This document shows, piece by piece, positions 20,889-30,503 of a DNA stretch of 64,000 bases. Origin of the DNA: Spirochaetia bacterium. GTDB lineage: Bacteria; Spirochaetota; Spirochaetia; SZUA-6; Bin103. The notes below the pieces were generated by a model. That model made no database searches. It was not told the DNA's origin and saw only the letters and a program-made list of their open reading frames with translations. A program made the position numbers and the translations under genes. The first letter of the stretch is position 1, and every line of letters starts with the position of its first letter. Where the stretch lies: NCBI GenBank assembly GCA_965203055.1, contig OZ241863.1:2752001-2816000 (forward strand), read 5' to 3'.

Positions 20889-22382
20889 GTGCGCAGCACC
20901 CCGACCGCGGTGGCCGCGCAGCGCCTCGGCGTCGTCGTGATCGACATGTGGAACGGGTACCCGTGCTGCACCGGACGCGGACTGTTCGCGGCGCTGGTGC
21001 CGCGTATGAACCGCGCGCTGGCCGCAATGCGCGCGTTGGGCGCCGCGGTCATCCACGCCCCCAGCGACGTCAGCGACCAGTACGTCGGCTGGCCGCAGGC
21101 GGAACGGGTGGCCGCCCTGCCCCGTTACGAGTTGCCGGCCACGCGCGAAGTCGCCGCGCCGCGGTTTCCGTTCGCCGGGCAGACCTGCCTGTGCGGACCG
21201 GGCATCGCCTGCCCTTACATGCACCACTGGCACGCCATCCATCCCGATCTCGCGATCGCCGAGCAGGACTACCTGCTGGTGGGACCGGTCTACGGCAGCG
21301 CCGGCACCCAGCGGCTGCATGCCGTGTGCCGGCAGCGCGGCCTGACGCACCTGCTCTACCTGGGCATCGCCGCCAACAACTGCGTGGTGAGCAAGGCGGC
21401 CGGCATGCTGTATCTGGCCCGCGCCGGCCTGGAGGTGATCCTGGCCCGCGATCTGACGGCGGCCTACGACCGGTACGATCCGGCCGCCGGCTACACCAAC
21501 GACGACGCTACCAGGCGGGCGGTGGAGGTTCTGGAACAACAGTTCTGCGCCACCGTGGATCTCGGCGCCGAGCTGGCCGGGATCGGGCGCTGGCCCGCCG
21601 CGCCGCCGGTGGACGCGGTCCGCATCATGCCCTGGGGTCACCGCGATCAGCCCTACCTGTTCGAGGAGCGGTTCGCGGCCACCCTCACCTTCCCCGTCGC
21701 TCCTCCCGGCGGACCGCGGCCCGGCACCGCCATCCACTACACCCTGGACGGCAGCGCCCCGTCTCCGGCCGCGGCGCGCTACACCGCGCCGCTGGCGATC
21801 CGCGCCTCCGGCGTGCTGCGCGCGCAGCCCTTCGCCGCCGGGCGCGCGCAGGGCATTGAGAGCGCCAGCCACTTCTTTCGCCTGGCCGCCGCGCCGCCGC
21901 CGCCCGAGGCGCATCTCGCCGACCTGCGCCCGCGGCGCGCCACCTCGCCGCGGCTGCTGGACGGCCACACCTACGACGCGGTGGCCCCCGACGTCGGCTT
22001 CGACGGCGCGGCCGGCGGCGGGCCGCTGCGCCTCGGCGGGCGCTGCCATCCGCGCGGCGTCGGCACCCTGACGCCGGCGCAACTGGTGTATGACCTGGAA
22101 CCGCGCTGGCGCCGCTTCGTGGCGTTGGCGGGCCTGGACGACGCGCTGCTCGACGAGGACCACGGCATGCTGCAGGCGAGCCGCGCCGCGGCGCGCTTTC
22201 TGGTGTACCTGGACGGCGCCCGGGCGGCCGCCAGCCCGACGCTGCGGGCGGGACAGGTGTGGCGCTTCGACCTGCCGCTCCGGCCCGGCGCCGAGGTGAT
22301 CAGTCTGGTGGCGATGAACGCCCTGGCCGGCGGGCGCCCGGCCGCGGCCGACTGGGCCGCGGCCGGGTTCCTGGCGGCGTGA
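20889..22382 (+). CDS. Isochorismatase-like hydrolase fused to an FN3/chitobiase-like domain and an NPCBM/NEW2 carbohydrate-binding domain
   Basis: VVVIDMWN (cysteine-hydrolase fold); IHYTLDGSAP; GGPLRLGG..RGVG..LVYDL...FVALAGLDD. Confidence 0.65.
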   Translation: MRSTPTAVAAQRLGVVVIDMWNGYPCCTGRGLFAALVPRMNRALAAMRALGAAVIHAPSDVSDQYVGWPQAERVAALPRYELPATREVAAPRFPFAGQTCLCGPGIACPYMHHWHAIHPDLAIAEQDYLLVGPVYGSAGTQRLHAVCRQRGLTHLLYLGIAANNCVVSKAAGMLYLARAGLEVILARDLTAAYDRYDPAAGYTNDDATRRAVEVLEQQFCATVDLGAELAGIGRWPAAPPVDAVRIMPWGHRDQPYLFEERFAATLTFPVAPPGGPRPGTAIHYTLDGSAPSPAAARYTAPLAIRASGVLRAQPFAAGRAQGIESASHFFRLAAAPPPPEAHLADLRPRRATSPRLLDGHTYDAVAPDVGFDGAAGGGPLRLGGRCHPRGVGTLTPAQLVYDLEPRWRRFVALAGLDDALLDEDHGMLQASRAAARFLVYLDGARAAASPTLRAGQVWRFDLPLRPGAEVISLVAMNALAGGRPAAADWAAAGFLAA

Positions 22383-25300
22383 GGGCGCGCGCGGCGTTCC
22401 GCCACGGCGCGCAGCGCCCGCGCGACGCGCCGCGGCTGCCGGGACTCAACGTCGGGCGCAGCTACTACGACCATGACAGCTACGGGGGCGCCGCCAAACG
22501 CTACCGCAGCGCCGGACCCGACAGCATTGCCATCAGCGCGGGGCCCGACCTGTTCAACCAGGTGCTGATGGGTGACGGCGTCTGGTACCTGCACGCCGGC
22601 GACCGCCCGGCGCTGCGCCTGGCGCACCGCCCCTACTGGCCCAACTCCTACATCAAGCCCGACCTGATTCCGGGGTTGGGGGTCTCCGGCGAGCTGTACT
22701 TCACGGCGCTTGCCGGCGGCGCGAACCTGCCGCTGCACCGCCACGCCGCGGTGGAGGCGCGCTTCAGCCCGGGTGAGGCGGAGTGGCGCTGCAGCGTGCC
22801 GCGCCCGGCTGCCGCCGGCGGCGCGGGCGGCGCCGAGCTGCGGCTGCGCGCGCGCCCGCTGGTGTCCACCAACGGCTGCGTCATTCTTCTGGAAGGCGAT
22901 TGCGCGCTGGCGGTGCGCCTCGACCTGGCGGGCGGTTCCCTGGACCCGCCGCCGCGGCGCGCGCCGCCCCCGCCCCGGCTGGAAGCCGGATACGTAGTGC
23001 TGGACCATCCCGGCTTCCCTTGCACCAGGCTGGTGGCCGGCACCAGCGACGGCGCCGCGGCCGCCATCGAGGTGGGGAGCAACACCTGTGTGGAGTTGAC
23101 CCTGCGGCCCGGCGCCGGCCTGCTGCTGGTCTGGGGCTACTCCGACTACGACCGCGCCGGGGTCGCCGCGGCCGACCGCCGGCTGCGGGAGCGGCCGTTC
23201 GCCGCGCCCGAGTGGGCGGCGCGGATGCGCGAGCGTTGGTTCAAGCACTGGGTGGGACGCTGCCTGCAGCCCGAGCGCCGCTTCCGGGGCCTCATGGAGC
23301 GGTTTTCGGAGACCGCCGCGCAGGCGCCCGCCTTCTGGCATCCGGCGCGGCGCCTGCGCGTCACCACGCCGGAAGCGGAGTTCGACACCGTGGTCAACCG
23401 CGCGGCGGTCGATCATCGCTGCCAGTTCGAGTACCCGGCGTTCATGCACGGCATCCTGGGCTGGAACAAGTACGGCAAGATCAACTTCGGCTACTACGCC
23501 GCGGACGACGCCGGCCTGCACCGCGAGGTGGCGGACTCGCTGCACTTCATCTCCGGCAGCCAGGACGCGGGCGGCCGCCAGCGCTACCTCTCGGCGGCGT
23601 TTCACACCATCGATTGGGCCGAGGAGGTGGACTTCTACTTCGTCGAACAGGTCTGGCATCACTACCGATGGACCGCGGACCGCGCGTTCCTGGAGGCGCT
23701 GTACCCCGCCGCCCGGCGTTCCCTGGAGCACGCGCTGGCGGCCGGCGACCCGCACGGCACCGGTATCATGACCGGCTACTACGAGTTCTGGCAGAACGAC
23801 GCCCACTCGCGCGGCGGCAAGTGCGTGGTCCACGGCGCGCTGGCCTGGGGCGCGCTGACCGCGGCCGCGGGCATGGCGCAGGCGCTCGACCGGACAGACG
23901 ACGCCGTTCGCTACCGCGCGTATGCCGCGCTGGTGCGGCAGCGGCTGGAGCGCGAGCTGTGGCACGAAGCGAGCGGCGCCTTCGGTTCGGCCGAGTGGAA
24001 CGGCGACGTGCGCCCGCGGCCGGAGACGCAGGAGCAGTTCCTGCCGGCGCTGCGCGGCCTGGGCTCGGCGCGGCAGCGGCGGCGCGCGACCCGCTATCTG
24101 CGCGACCAGTTCCTGTTGCACCCGCGCCCGGGCGTCACGCTGGAGTTGATCAACGACTGGTGGCCGATCTTCTGGAGCCACCACTACGTCGCCAACGGCG
24201 ACGCCCTGCTGAGCGTGCTGGCCGCGGCGCGCAACGGCGACGTCGACCGCTACTGGCCGCTGGTGCGCTCCATCGTGCAGGGCGCGCTGACCAGCAGTGA
24301 CGGCAGCCTGCGCTCCACCCAGGACAACGCCGGGCGCGGCTCCGGCCTGCGCCACACCGCGGAGGTGCAGGCGCCGCTGCTGCAGATGGTGGTGGAGGGG
24401 TTGTTCGGGATCCACCCGGCGGCGCCGGAGAACCGCTTCCTGATCCGCCCCAATTTCCCCCGCCACTGGCGCCGCGCGCGCCTGCAGCGCCCCGGCCTGA
24501 CGCTCCGTTACCGGCGCGACGACTCGCCTGCTCCCGCCATTACGCTGGAGGTACGGTGCGATCCGGCGCGGCGGGTCACCGTCGAGCTGCCGGTGCGCGG
24601 CGCGGTACGGTCGGCCGCGGTGAACGGCGCCGGGGTTGCGCCGCGCTGCACCGCGGCCGCGGGCGCAGCGCGCCTGGTGCTGGACAGCGCGCCGGCCGGC
24701 GGCGCGCGGCGTCACACCTTCGTGGTGCGGACCGCTCCCGAGGCGCAGGTCAGCGCACCGCACCGGGTGGTGGTCGGCGCTGCGGCGCAGTGCCGGGTGC
24801 GCGGCGCGCGAATACTGGGCTGGGATGACGCCTGCGGCCGCTTCGCCGCCACTGCCGGTCAGCCGGGCGCGGTGACCCTGCGAGCGGCCGCGGCGGGGCC
24901 GGCCACCGGCTTTCTGCGGCTGCGCGCGGGGGAAGCGGAATGGGACGAGCCGGTCGATCTGGAGGCCGTGCCGCCCTGGGAAGTGGTGGAGCGGCTGGCC
25001 CCGGCCCTGGTCAACGAGCGGGCGCAGGTGGTCAGTCCGCGGCTGGATCTGCCCTCGCGCAGCCTGCTGCTGGAGGTGCGCAACAACACGCCGCGCCGGC
25101 TGCGCGGCGAAGCGCTGGCGCTCGGCCGCCGCGTTGCCGTGGAGGTTGGGCCGAGCGCCACCGAGCAGGTACGCCTGGACCTGAGCCCGGTCTGGCACGC
25201 GCTGTCACCGGGCACGCTGCCGGTCAACGTCACCCTGGACGGCGCCGCCGCCCGCTGCGACGCGGTGACCTGGCTCCTCTCCGACCCGCCGCAGCGCTGG

Positions 25301-26131
25301 AGCGGAGCCGAGCGGATCGTGCCGGTCGATCTGGCCGCCGCCTGCAACGCCGACGCCGGCCACCTCTACGGTCCCGGCTTTCGCTGGCGGCTGGACTACA
25401 CCGGCTGCGCCGTCGGCGTGGACCGGCGCCGGCCGGCGCCCGCCCGCGACGGGCGTGGTTACGTGCTGTTGCACTCCCCCATGGGACAACTCGCCTGGGG
25501 GTGCCTGCCGGAGCACGCCTACGGCCTGGACCAGGAAATTCTTCCCGAGTTCGACCTGCAATGGGACCTGCCGCCGCTGCCGAGCGACTACGAGCCCTTG
25601 CCCGGGTTGCCGTTCCGCACCCGCGGCCGCCGCCTGCTGGCGCTGGCCGCCACGGAGCCCTACGATCAGTTGCCGAGCAGCGCGCGCCTCGACCTGACCG
25701 CCGGCGCCGCGCCCCGCCGCCTGGAGAAACTCTACCTGCTGACCGCCAACCTGACCAAGACGGTCAAGAGCTACTACCCGGCGGGCGAAATCACCATCCA
25801 CTACGCGGCCGGCGACCCGCAGCACTTCTCGCTGGTGCCGCCCCACACCATCAGTTGCATGGCGCAGCCGTTCTGCCCGCGCGCCTATCACGTCCCCTAC
25901 GGGCGCTTGCGCGGCGCAGTATCCGGCTACGGTCCGGTCGAAGCGGAGAAGATCCCCAACCTCGCCGTGCAGGACGTGGTGGTGGACTCGAACCGGGCCG
26001 TTACCGCCGTCGAGCTGCGGTGCGTGGCCAGCGAGACGCTGCTCGGCCTGCTCGCGCTCAGCGTGCTTCCGGCGGCGGCGCCCGCCGCGGGTCAGGTGAG
26101 CAGCGCCTGCTCGGCCAGCGCCGCCTCCTGA
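22379..26131 (+). CDS. Large six-hairpin glycosidase-like protein (DUF4450-like, uncertain)
   Basis: GTG overlaps the upstream TGA. Central WHHYRWTADRAFLEALYP segment is typical of (alpha/alpha)6 glycoside hydrolases; EGLFGIHP...IRPNFPRHW follows. Confidence 0.6.
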   Translation: MRARAAFRHGAQRPRDAPRLPGLNVGRSYYDHDSYGGAAKRYRSAGPDSIAISAGPDLFNQVLMGDGVWYLHAGDRPALRLAHRPYWPNSYIKPDLIPGLGVSGELYFTALAGGANLPLHRHAAVEARFSPGEAEWRCSVPRPAAAGGAGGAELRLRARPLVSTNGCVILLEGDCALAVRLDLAGGSLDPPPRRAPPPPRLEAGYVVLDHPGFPCTRLVAGTSDGAAAAIEVGSNTCVELTLRPGAGLLLVWGYSDYDRAGVAAADRRLRERPFAAPEWAARMRERWFKHWVGRCLQPERRFRGLMERFSETAAQAPAFWHPARRLRVTTPEAEFDTVVNRAAVDHRCQFEYPAFMHGILGWNKYGKINFGYYAADDAGLHREVADSLHFISGSQDAGGRQRYLSAAFHTIDWAEEVDFYFVEQVWHHYRWTADRAFLEALYPAARRSLEHALAAGDPHGTGIMTGYYEFWQNDAHSRGGKCVVHGALAWGALTAAAGMAQALDRTDDAVRYRAYAALVRQRLERELWHEASGAFGSAEWNGDVRPRPETQEQFLPALRGLGSARQRRRATRYLRDQFLLHPRPGVTLELINDWWPIFWSHHYVANGDALLSVLAAARNGDVDRYWPLVRSIVQGALTSSDGSLRSTQDNAGRGSGLRHTAEVQAPLLQMVVEGLFGIHPAAPENRFLIRPNFPRHWRRARLQRPGLTLRYRRDDSPAPAITLEVRCDPARRVTVELPVRGAVRSAAVNGAGVAPRCTAAAGAARLVLDSAPAGGARRHTFVVRTAPEAQVSAPHRVVVGAAAQCRVRGARILGWDDACGRFAATAGQPGAVTLRAAAAGPATGFLRLRAGEAEWDEPVDLEAVPPWEVVERLAPALVNERAQVVSPRLDLPSRSLLLEVRNNTPRRLRGEALALGRRVAVEVGPSATEQVRLDLSPVWHALSPGTLPVNVTLDGAAARCDAVTWLLSDPPQRWSGAERIVPVDLAAACNADAGHLYGPGFRWRLDYTGCAVGVDRRRPAPARDGRGYVLLHSPMGQLAWGCLPEHAYGLDQEILPEFDLQWDLPPLPSDYEPLPGLPFRTRGRRLLALAATEPYDQLPSSARLDLTAGAAPRRLEKLYLLTANLTKTVKSYYPAGEITIHYAAGDPQHFSLVPPHTISCMAQPFCPRAYHVPYGRLRGAVSGYGPVEAEKIPNLAVQDVVVDSNRAVTAVELRCVASETLLGLLALSVLPAAAPAAGQVSSACSASAAS

Positions 26132-27141
26132 TCCGCGCACTTGGCGCGCGCGGCCTGCACCAGGTCGCGGGCCAGCTCCGGCTGGTCGGTAGCGGTGAGG
26201 CGCTGCGCCTTCTCCACCCAGTCGCCGCGGATGCCGTCCACCCCCTGCAGCGCCCCGGCCAGCGCCCCGCACATCGAGGCGATGGTATCGGCGTCACGGC
26301 CGAAGTTGGCGCCGTAGGTGACGCAGCGTTCGACGTCGCCGCCGGCCAGCTCGAACAGGGCCACGGTGACCGGCACCGTTTCCCGCGAGTCGCAGCCGAT
26401 GCGCCGGAACAGCGTGGCCGCGTCGGCGTAGGCCTGGGCGCGGAACTTCTCGTAGCTGCCGGCCGCCCGCGCCAGCTCCAGGAAGCGGCGGATCAACTCC
26501 CGCATCTCGGCGCCGCTGGTGGCGATGACGTGGGCCTGCGCCGCCTCCACCACCGACTCGACGGTGGCGCTGACCCGAAACGCTTCCGCCACCCCGGCCG
26601 CCATGGCCACCGCGCCATCCTGGCAGAAGCCGACGTCATGGCCGTGGATCAGGGCCGCCAGGTTGTAGCCCTGCAGCGCGGCGCCGCGCGGGTTGCCGGC
26701 GTTGACGATGCCCACCGGCGAAAAGCACATCGCGGTGCTGGAGCTGGGCATGTTGCCCAACGCGGCCATGCGCGGCACCGAGTGGCGGCGCAGCTTGTGG
26801 GCGGTGTGGGTCACCGACGGAAAGAACTTGTTCAGCTTGGCGCCGAAGATGTCCTCCCAGCGGTCCAGCCAGACCTCCGCCCAGTCGTCGATGGTGGCGT
26901 GGCCGCCGGTGCGGATCAGGGCGTCGGCCAGGAGATGCTTCATCACCGTGTCGTCGGTGCCGTCGGCGTCGAAGTCGTCGATCCAGCCGGATGCCTTCAG
27001 CACCTCATACGACTTGCCCTCCGCCGGGGTGCCGATGGCGTCCCCGATGAGGCCGCCCAGCAGACACCCCAAAGTCTTTCGATACAGCGTACCGGCCTCC
27101 GCCGCAGTCGCGGCGCCGGTTGCCATTGCAGTTGCCATCAT
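26092..27141 (-). CDS. ADP-ribosylglycohydrolase family protein
   Basis: GGLIGDAIG, GTDDT and NFGRDADTIASMCGALAGA motifs. Confidence 0.9.
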   Translation of the reverse strand: MMATAMATGAATAAEAGTLYRKTLGCLLGGLIGDAIGTPAEGKSYEVLKASGWIDDFDADGTDDTVMKHLLADALIRTGGHATIDDWAEVWLDRWEDIFGAKLNKFFPSVTHTAHKLRRHSVPRMAALGNMPSSSTAMCFSPVGIVNAGNPRGAALQGYNLAALIHGHDVGFCQDGAVAMAAGVAEAFRVSATVESVVEAAQAHVIATSGAEMRELIRRFLELARAAGSYEKFRAQAYADAATLFRRIGCDSRETVPVTVALFELAGGDVERCVTYGANFGRDADTIASMCGALAGALQGVDGIRGDWVEKAQRLTATDQPELARDLVQAARAKCADQEAALAEQALLT

Positions 27142-27159
27142 TGTCCTCCTTACAAGGTA

Positions 27160-29244
27160 CTATTGCCGGCGGAAGTACTGCGCGGGAAGGTGCGGGATCT
27201 GGTAGAAGGTGAAGTAGGTGGCGAAGCCCTTGGCAGCGACGTTGCCCATGTCCTTCCTGACCAGCGCCGGGTGCGGCAGGTCGCCGCCCACCGTACCCGC
27301 CATCCACAGATTGTCGGCCCATAGTTCGCCGATCCGGTTGGCGATGGCCACCTTCTCGGCGTCGCCGGCGGTCTGCGCGAACTGCTCCGACAGCTCGAAG
27401 TAGCGCAGCAGATCGGGCTCCATGCCGGCGGCGCGCAGTCCGTCGATCCCTTCGGCGAAGTAGATGTTGGCCAGCTCCTCGCTCCACCAGCCGAACGACG
27501 GCGGGCTCCACAGCGAACCCTCGTAGATGCTGTCGGGCAGCATGTCGATCACGTGACTGGCGATCATCACCTCGTCGGCCGAGCGGCGGCCGTCGAACGA
27601 GTTGTCCTCGCGGAAGTCGAAGTCGGTCTTTACGCCGACCGCTTCCCAGTAGTCCTTGACCAGCTCGGCGGTCGAGGTGATCGGCGTCTCCTGCTCGTGG
27701 TAGCCCTCGATCTTGACGAACAGTTCCTTGCCGTCGGGGCGGCGGCGGATGCCGTCCGCGCCCAGCTTCAGACCCAGCTCGTCGAGCAGGCGGTTCGCCG
27801 TCTCCGGATCGTAGGCGGCGTCGCGCTGGAAGTGTTCCGGCACGTGATAGACCGACCCCGGCGGCACCGCCGCCTGCGACGGAGTGCCCCTGCCGAAGTA
27901 GAGCAGATCGTTGATCTCCGCGCGGTTGATGGCCAGCGACAGGGCGCGGCGGAACCGTTTGTCGCGCAGCAACTCCTGCATCACCGGATCGGGCTTGTAG
28001 GTCTGGCGGAAGAAGTAGTTGACCCCGGCGCCGGCGCGCTTCTGCCACAGCCGCACCTCGTAGCCGCCGGCCTCCGCATTCTGCGTCAGCACCGGAAAGT
28101 CCTCGATGGTCAGGATCGACGACACGAAGTCCACCTCACCGCCGAGGGCGGCGATCATGAACGCTTCCTTGGTGGCCGCCGAGCGGTTCTGCACACGGTC
28201 GAAGTAGGGCAACTGATTGCCGGCGACGTCGACCTTCCAGTAGAACGGATTGCGCTCCCACAGCGCGTAGTCGGTGGCGGCCTCCTGCAGCACCCACGCC
28301 TCCAGCACCGGCCGGCCGAGATCGTCGGCGCTCTTGCCGTAGGGTCCCTGGCGGGCGTTGAACAACTGCGTCCAGTCGTCGAACCCGCCCTCCTTGGCGA
28401 GCTCGTTGGCCTGCGGGTTGTAGCTCAGGTGGAACTGCGCCAGGTAATGCTTGGGCTCGGCGATGAATCCCATCGACCACATGTACTGCGGCAGGGTGAG
28501 TTGGCGCAGGGCGAAGTTGGGCCGCGGCGCGGCGAAGCTCAGCTCGAAGGTATGGTCGTCGATACGGCGGCCCCGGGCCGGCGCGCCGCCGACGTTGAGG
28601 CTGGTGGGCACCGACGGGCGCAGCTCCCGGTTCATGTTCATGTCATCGAACCAGAACGCCACGTCGTCGGCGGTGAACGGCGCGCCGTCGGACCACTTCA
28701 TGCCGGGCCGCAGGCGCAGGGTGATGGTGCGGTCGTCGGCCGACTGCTCCACGCCCAGCAGCCAGTTGGGATACCACGTCTTGGCATCGGGGCGCAGCTG
28801 CACCGGCGGCTCCTCCAGCCAGTAGGCGGGGAACCACCAAGTGACCGGGCCGTCCATGACCGTGGTATTCATCTGCCCGCCGTAGCTGCCGATCTCCTCG
28901 ATCGGCACTACGATCAGCGGCTCGTCGGGGACCCTCTCGGCTACCGGCGGCAGGTCGCCGCCGCTCACCTGCTGCGCCAGCATCGGCGCCTCGCCGAGGG
29001 CCGGCAGCGCGCGCCCGGCGGCGGCTCGGAACTCGGCGCGGGAACCGTAGGTCCACGGCCGTTGCGGGGTATCCGGCAATTCGGCGCCGGCCATGTCCGC
29101 GGCGCCGGCCATGTCCGCGGCGCCGGTTGCGGCCGGCTGGCTGCCGTCCGCCTCCTCCTGGCCCCCGGCGGACACCAGCGCCGGCGCCAACCAGATGACC
29201 GCGCAGACCAGCGCGCACGAACGAATACCTGCGGTGCAGTCCAT
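27160..29244 (-). CDS. ABC substrate-binding protein, family 5
   Basis: EAPML..LPPVAERVP, LRPGMKWSDGAPFTADDV and RNPFYWKVDVAGNQLPY motifs. Confidence 0.92.
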   Translation of the reverse strand: MDCTAGIRSCALVCAVIWLAPALVSAGGQEEADGSQPAATGAADMAGAADMAGAELPDTPQRPWTYGSRAEFRAAAGRALPALGEAPMLAQQVSGGDLPPVAERVPDEPLIVVPIEEIGSYGGQMNTTVMDGPVTWWFPAYWLEEPPVQLRPDAKTWYPNWLLGVEQSADDRTITLRLRPGMKWSDGAPFTADDVAFWFDDMNMNRELRPSVPTSLNVGGAPARGRRIDDHTFELSFAAPRPNFALRQLTLPQYMWSMGFIAEPKHYLAQFHLSYNPQANELAKEGGFDDWTQLFNARQGPYGKSADDLGRPVLEAWVLQEAATDYALWERNPFYWKVDVAGNQLPYFDRVQNRSAATKEAFMIAALGGEVDFVSSILTIEDFPVLTQNAEAGGYEVRLWQKRAGAGVNYFFRQTYKPDPVMQELLRDKRFRRALSLAINRAEINDLLYFGRGTPSQAAVPPGSVYHVPEHFQRDAAYDPETANRLLDELGLKLGADGIRRRPDGKELFVKIEGYHEQETPITSTAELVKDYWEAVGVKTDFDFREDNSFDGRRSADEVMIASHVIDMLPDSIYEGSLWSPPSFGWWSEELANIYFAEGIDGLRAAGMEPDLLRYFELSEQFAQTAGDAEKVAIANRIGELWADNLWMAGTVGGDLPHPALVRKDMGNVAAKGFATYFTFYQIPHLPAQYFRRQ

Positions 29245-29364
29245 TGGGTGCCTCCTTCTCGGAAGTGGCAGGCGTCAGACTACCACGCCCCGGCAACCGC
29301 CGCAACGTTGCGCATTGGTATGGGTGCGCTTGACGCCGGGGGAACGTGGGGCTACGGTCCGCCC

Positions 29365-30392
29365 ATGCCCCGCGAACTGATAGCGCCCGCACGCGAGCAG
29401 GTTGCGTTTCGCGACTACCCGAGTGAACCGCTTGCGCCCGACCAGATTCGGGTGCGCAGCCAGTTCGGGGCCGCCAAGCACGGCACCGAGATGGCGCTGT
29501 ACAAGGGTTACGGCCTGCCGCGCGGGCGCTACGACCGGGAACTTGGCATCTTCACCGGCGGGGCGGAGCCCCAGCAGGAGTTCCCGCGGTCCTCGGAAAC
29601 ATGTGCGTCGGCGAGGTGATCGAGACCGGCAGCGCCGTGACCGGGCCGCGCCGCGGCGACCGGGTGTTCGCGCACGGCGGATTCCGCCAGGAACAGGTGT
29701 GGCCGGCCGACCGGGTGCGGGTGCTGCCGGAGGGCGTGTCGTGGCAGGCGGCCACCTGCCTCGACCCTGCCGACTTCGCGCTCGGCGCCGTGCGCGACGG
29801 CCACGTGCGCATCGGGGACGCGGTGGCGGTATTTGGCATGGGCGCCATCGGTCTGATGGCGCTGCAGCTCGCGCGGCTGGCGGGGGCGCGCCCGGTCATC
29901 GCCGTGGATCCCATTCCGCTGCGCCGCGCGGTGGCGCGCGAGCTCGGCGCCGACCTCACGCTCGACCCGGGCGCCGGCGACGCCGGCAAGGAGATCCGCC
30001 TGGCGACGGCGCGGCGCGGCGCCGACGTGTGCATCGAATACAGCGGCCACTACCGGGGGCTGCAGGCGGCGCTGCGCGGCGTATGCTATCTGGGCACGGT
30101 GGTGGCCGGCGCCTTTCCCGGCGCCTATCCCGCCGGTCTGGACCTGGGTGCCGAGGCGCACTTCAACCGCCCCAACATCGTGTTCTCGCGCGCCTGTTCC
30201 GAACCCAACCCCGATTACCCCAACTGGGACGAGGCGCGGCTGTTCGAAATCTCCTGGCGCCTGCTCTGCGACGGCAGTCTGAATTGCGATCCGGTGGTGC
30301 AGCCGGTGGTCGCCTTCGACGACCTGGTCGCCGAATACCCCAAGATCGCGGCCGCGCCGGAACGGAACGTCAAGCTCGGCGTGCGCTTCTAA
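29365..30392 (+). CDS. Zinc-binding alcohol dehydrogenase-like protein, with a frameshift at ~29590
   Basis: MPRELIA...KHGTE frame joins the LGNMCVGEV...GMGAIG frame (ORF 29601..30392) if one base is added near 29590. Confidence 0.8.
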
Positions 30393-30503
30393 GAAAGGCG
30401 GATCTCCTCGCATGCGCAGCAACGCCGGCGGCGGGGGCGCGGCGTAGTGGGCCGGAGTCCGCGCGACGCGCCGTTCGCGGCCAGCGGCGGCGGCGCGGGG
30501 GTG

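Noticed and set aside
20730..25198. Long antisense or overlapping ORFs (5' part of 19734..22163, 21971..25198 and many similar ones across the window)
   Set aside because: Arg/Ala/Gly-rich shadow frames, expected at this GC content, opposite genes with clear family motifs.
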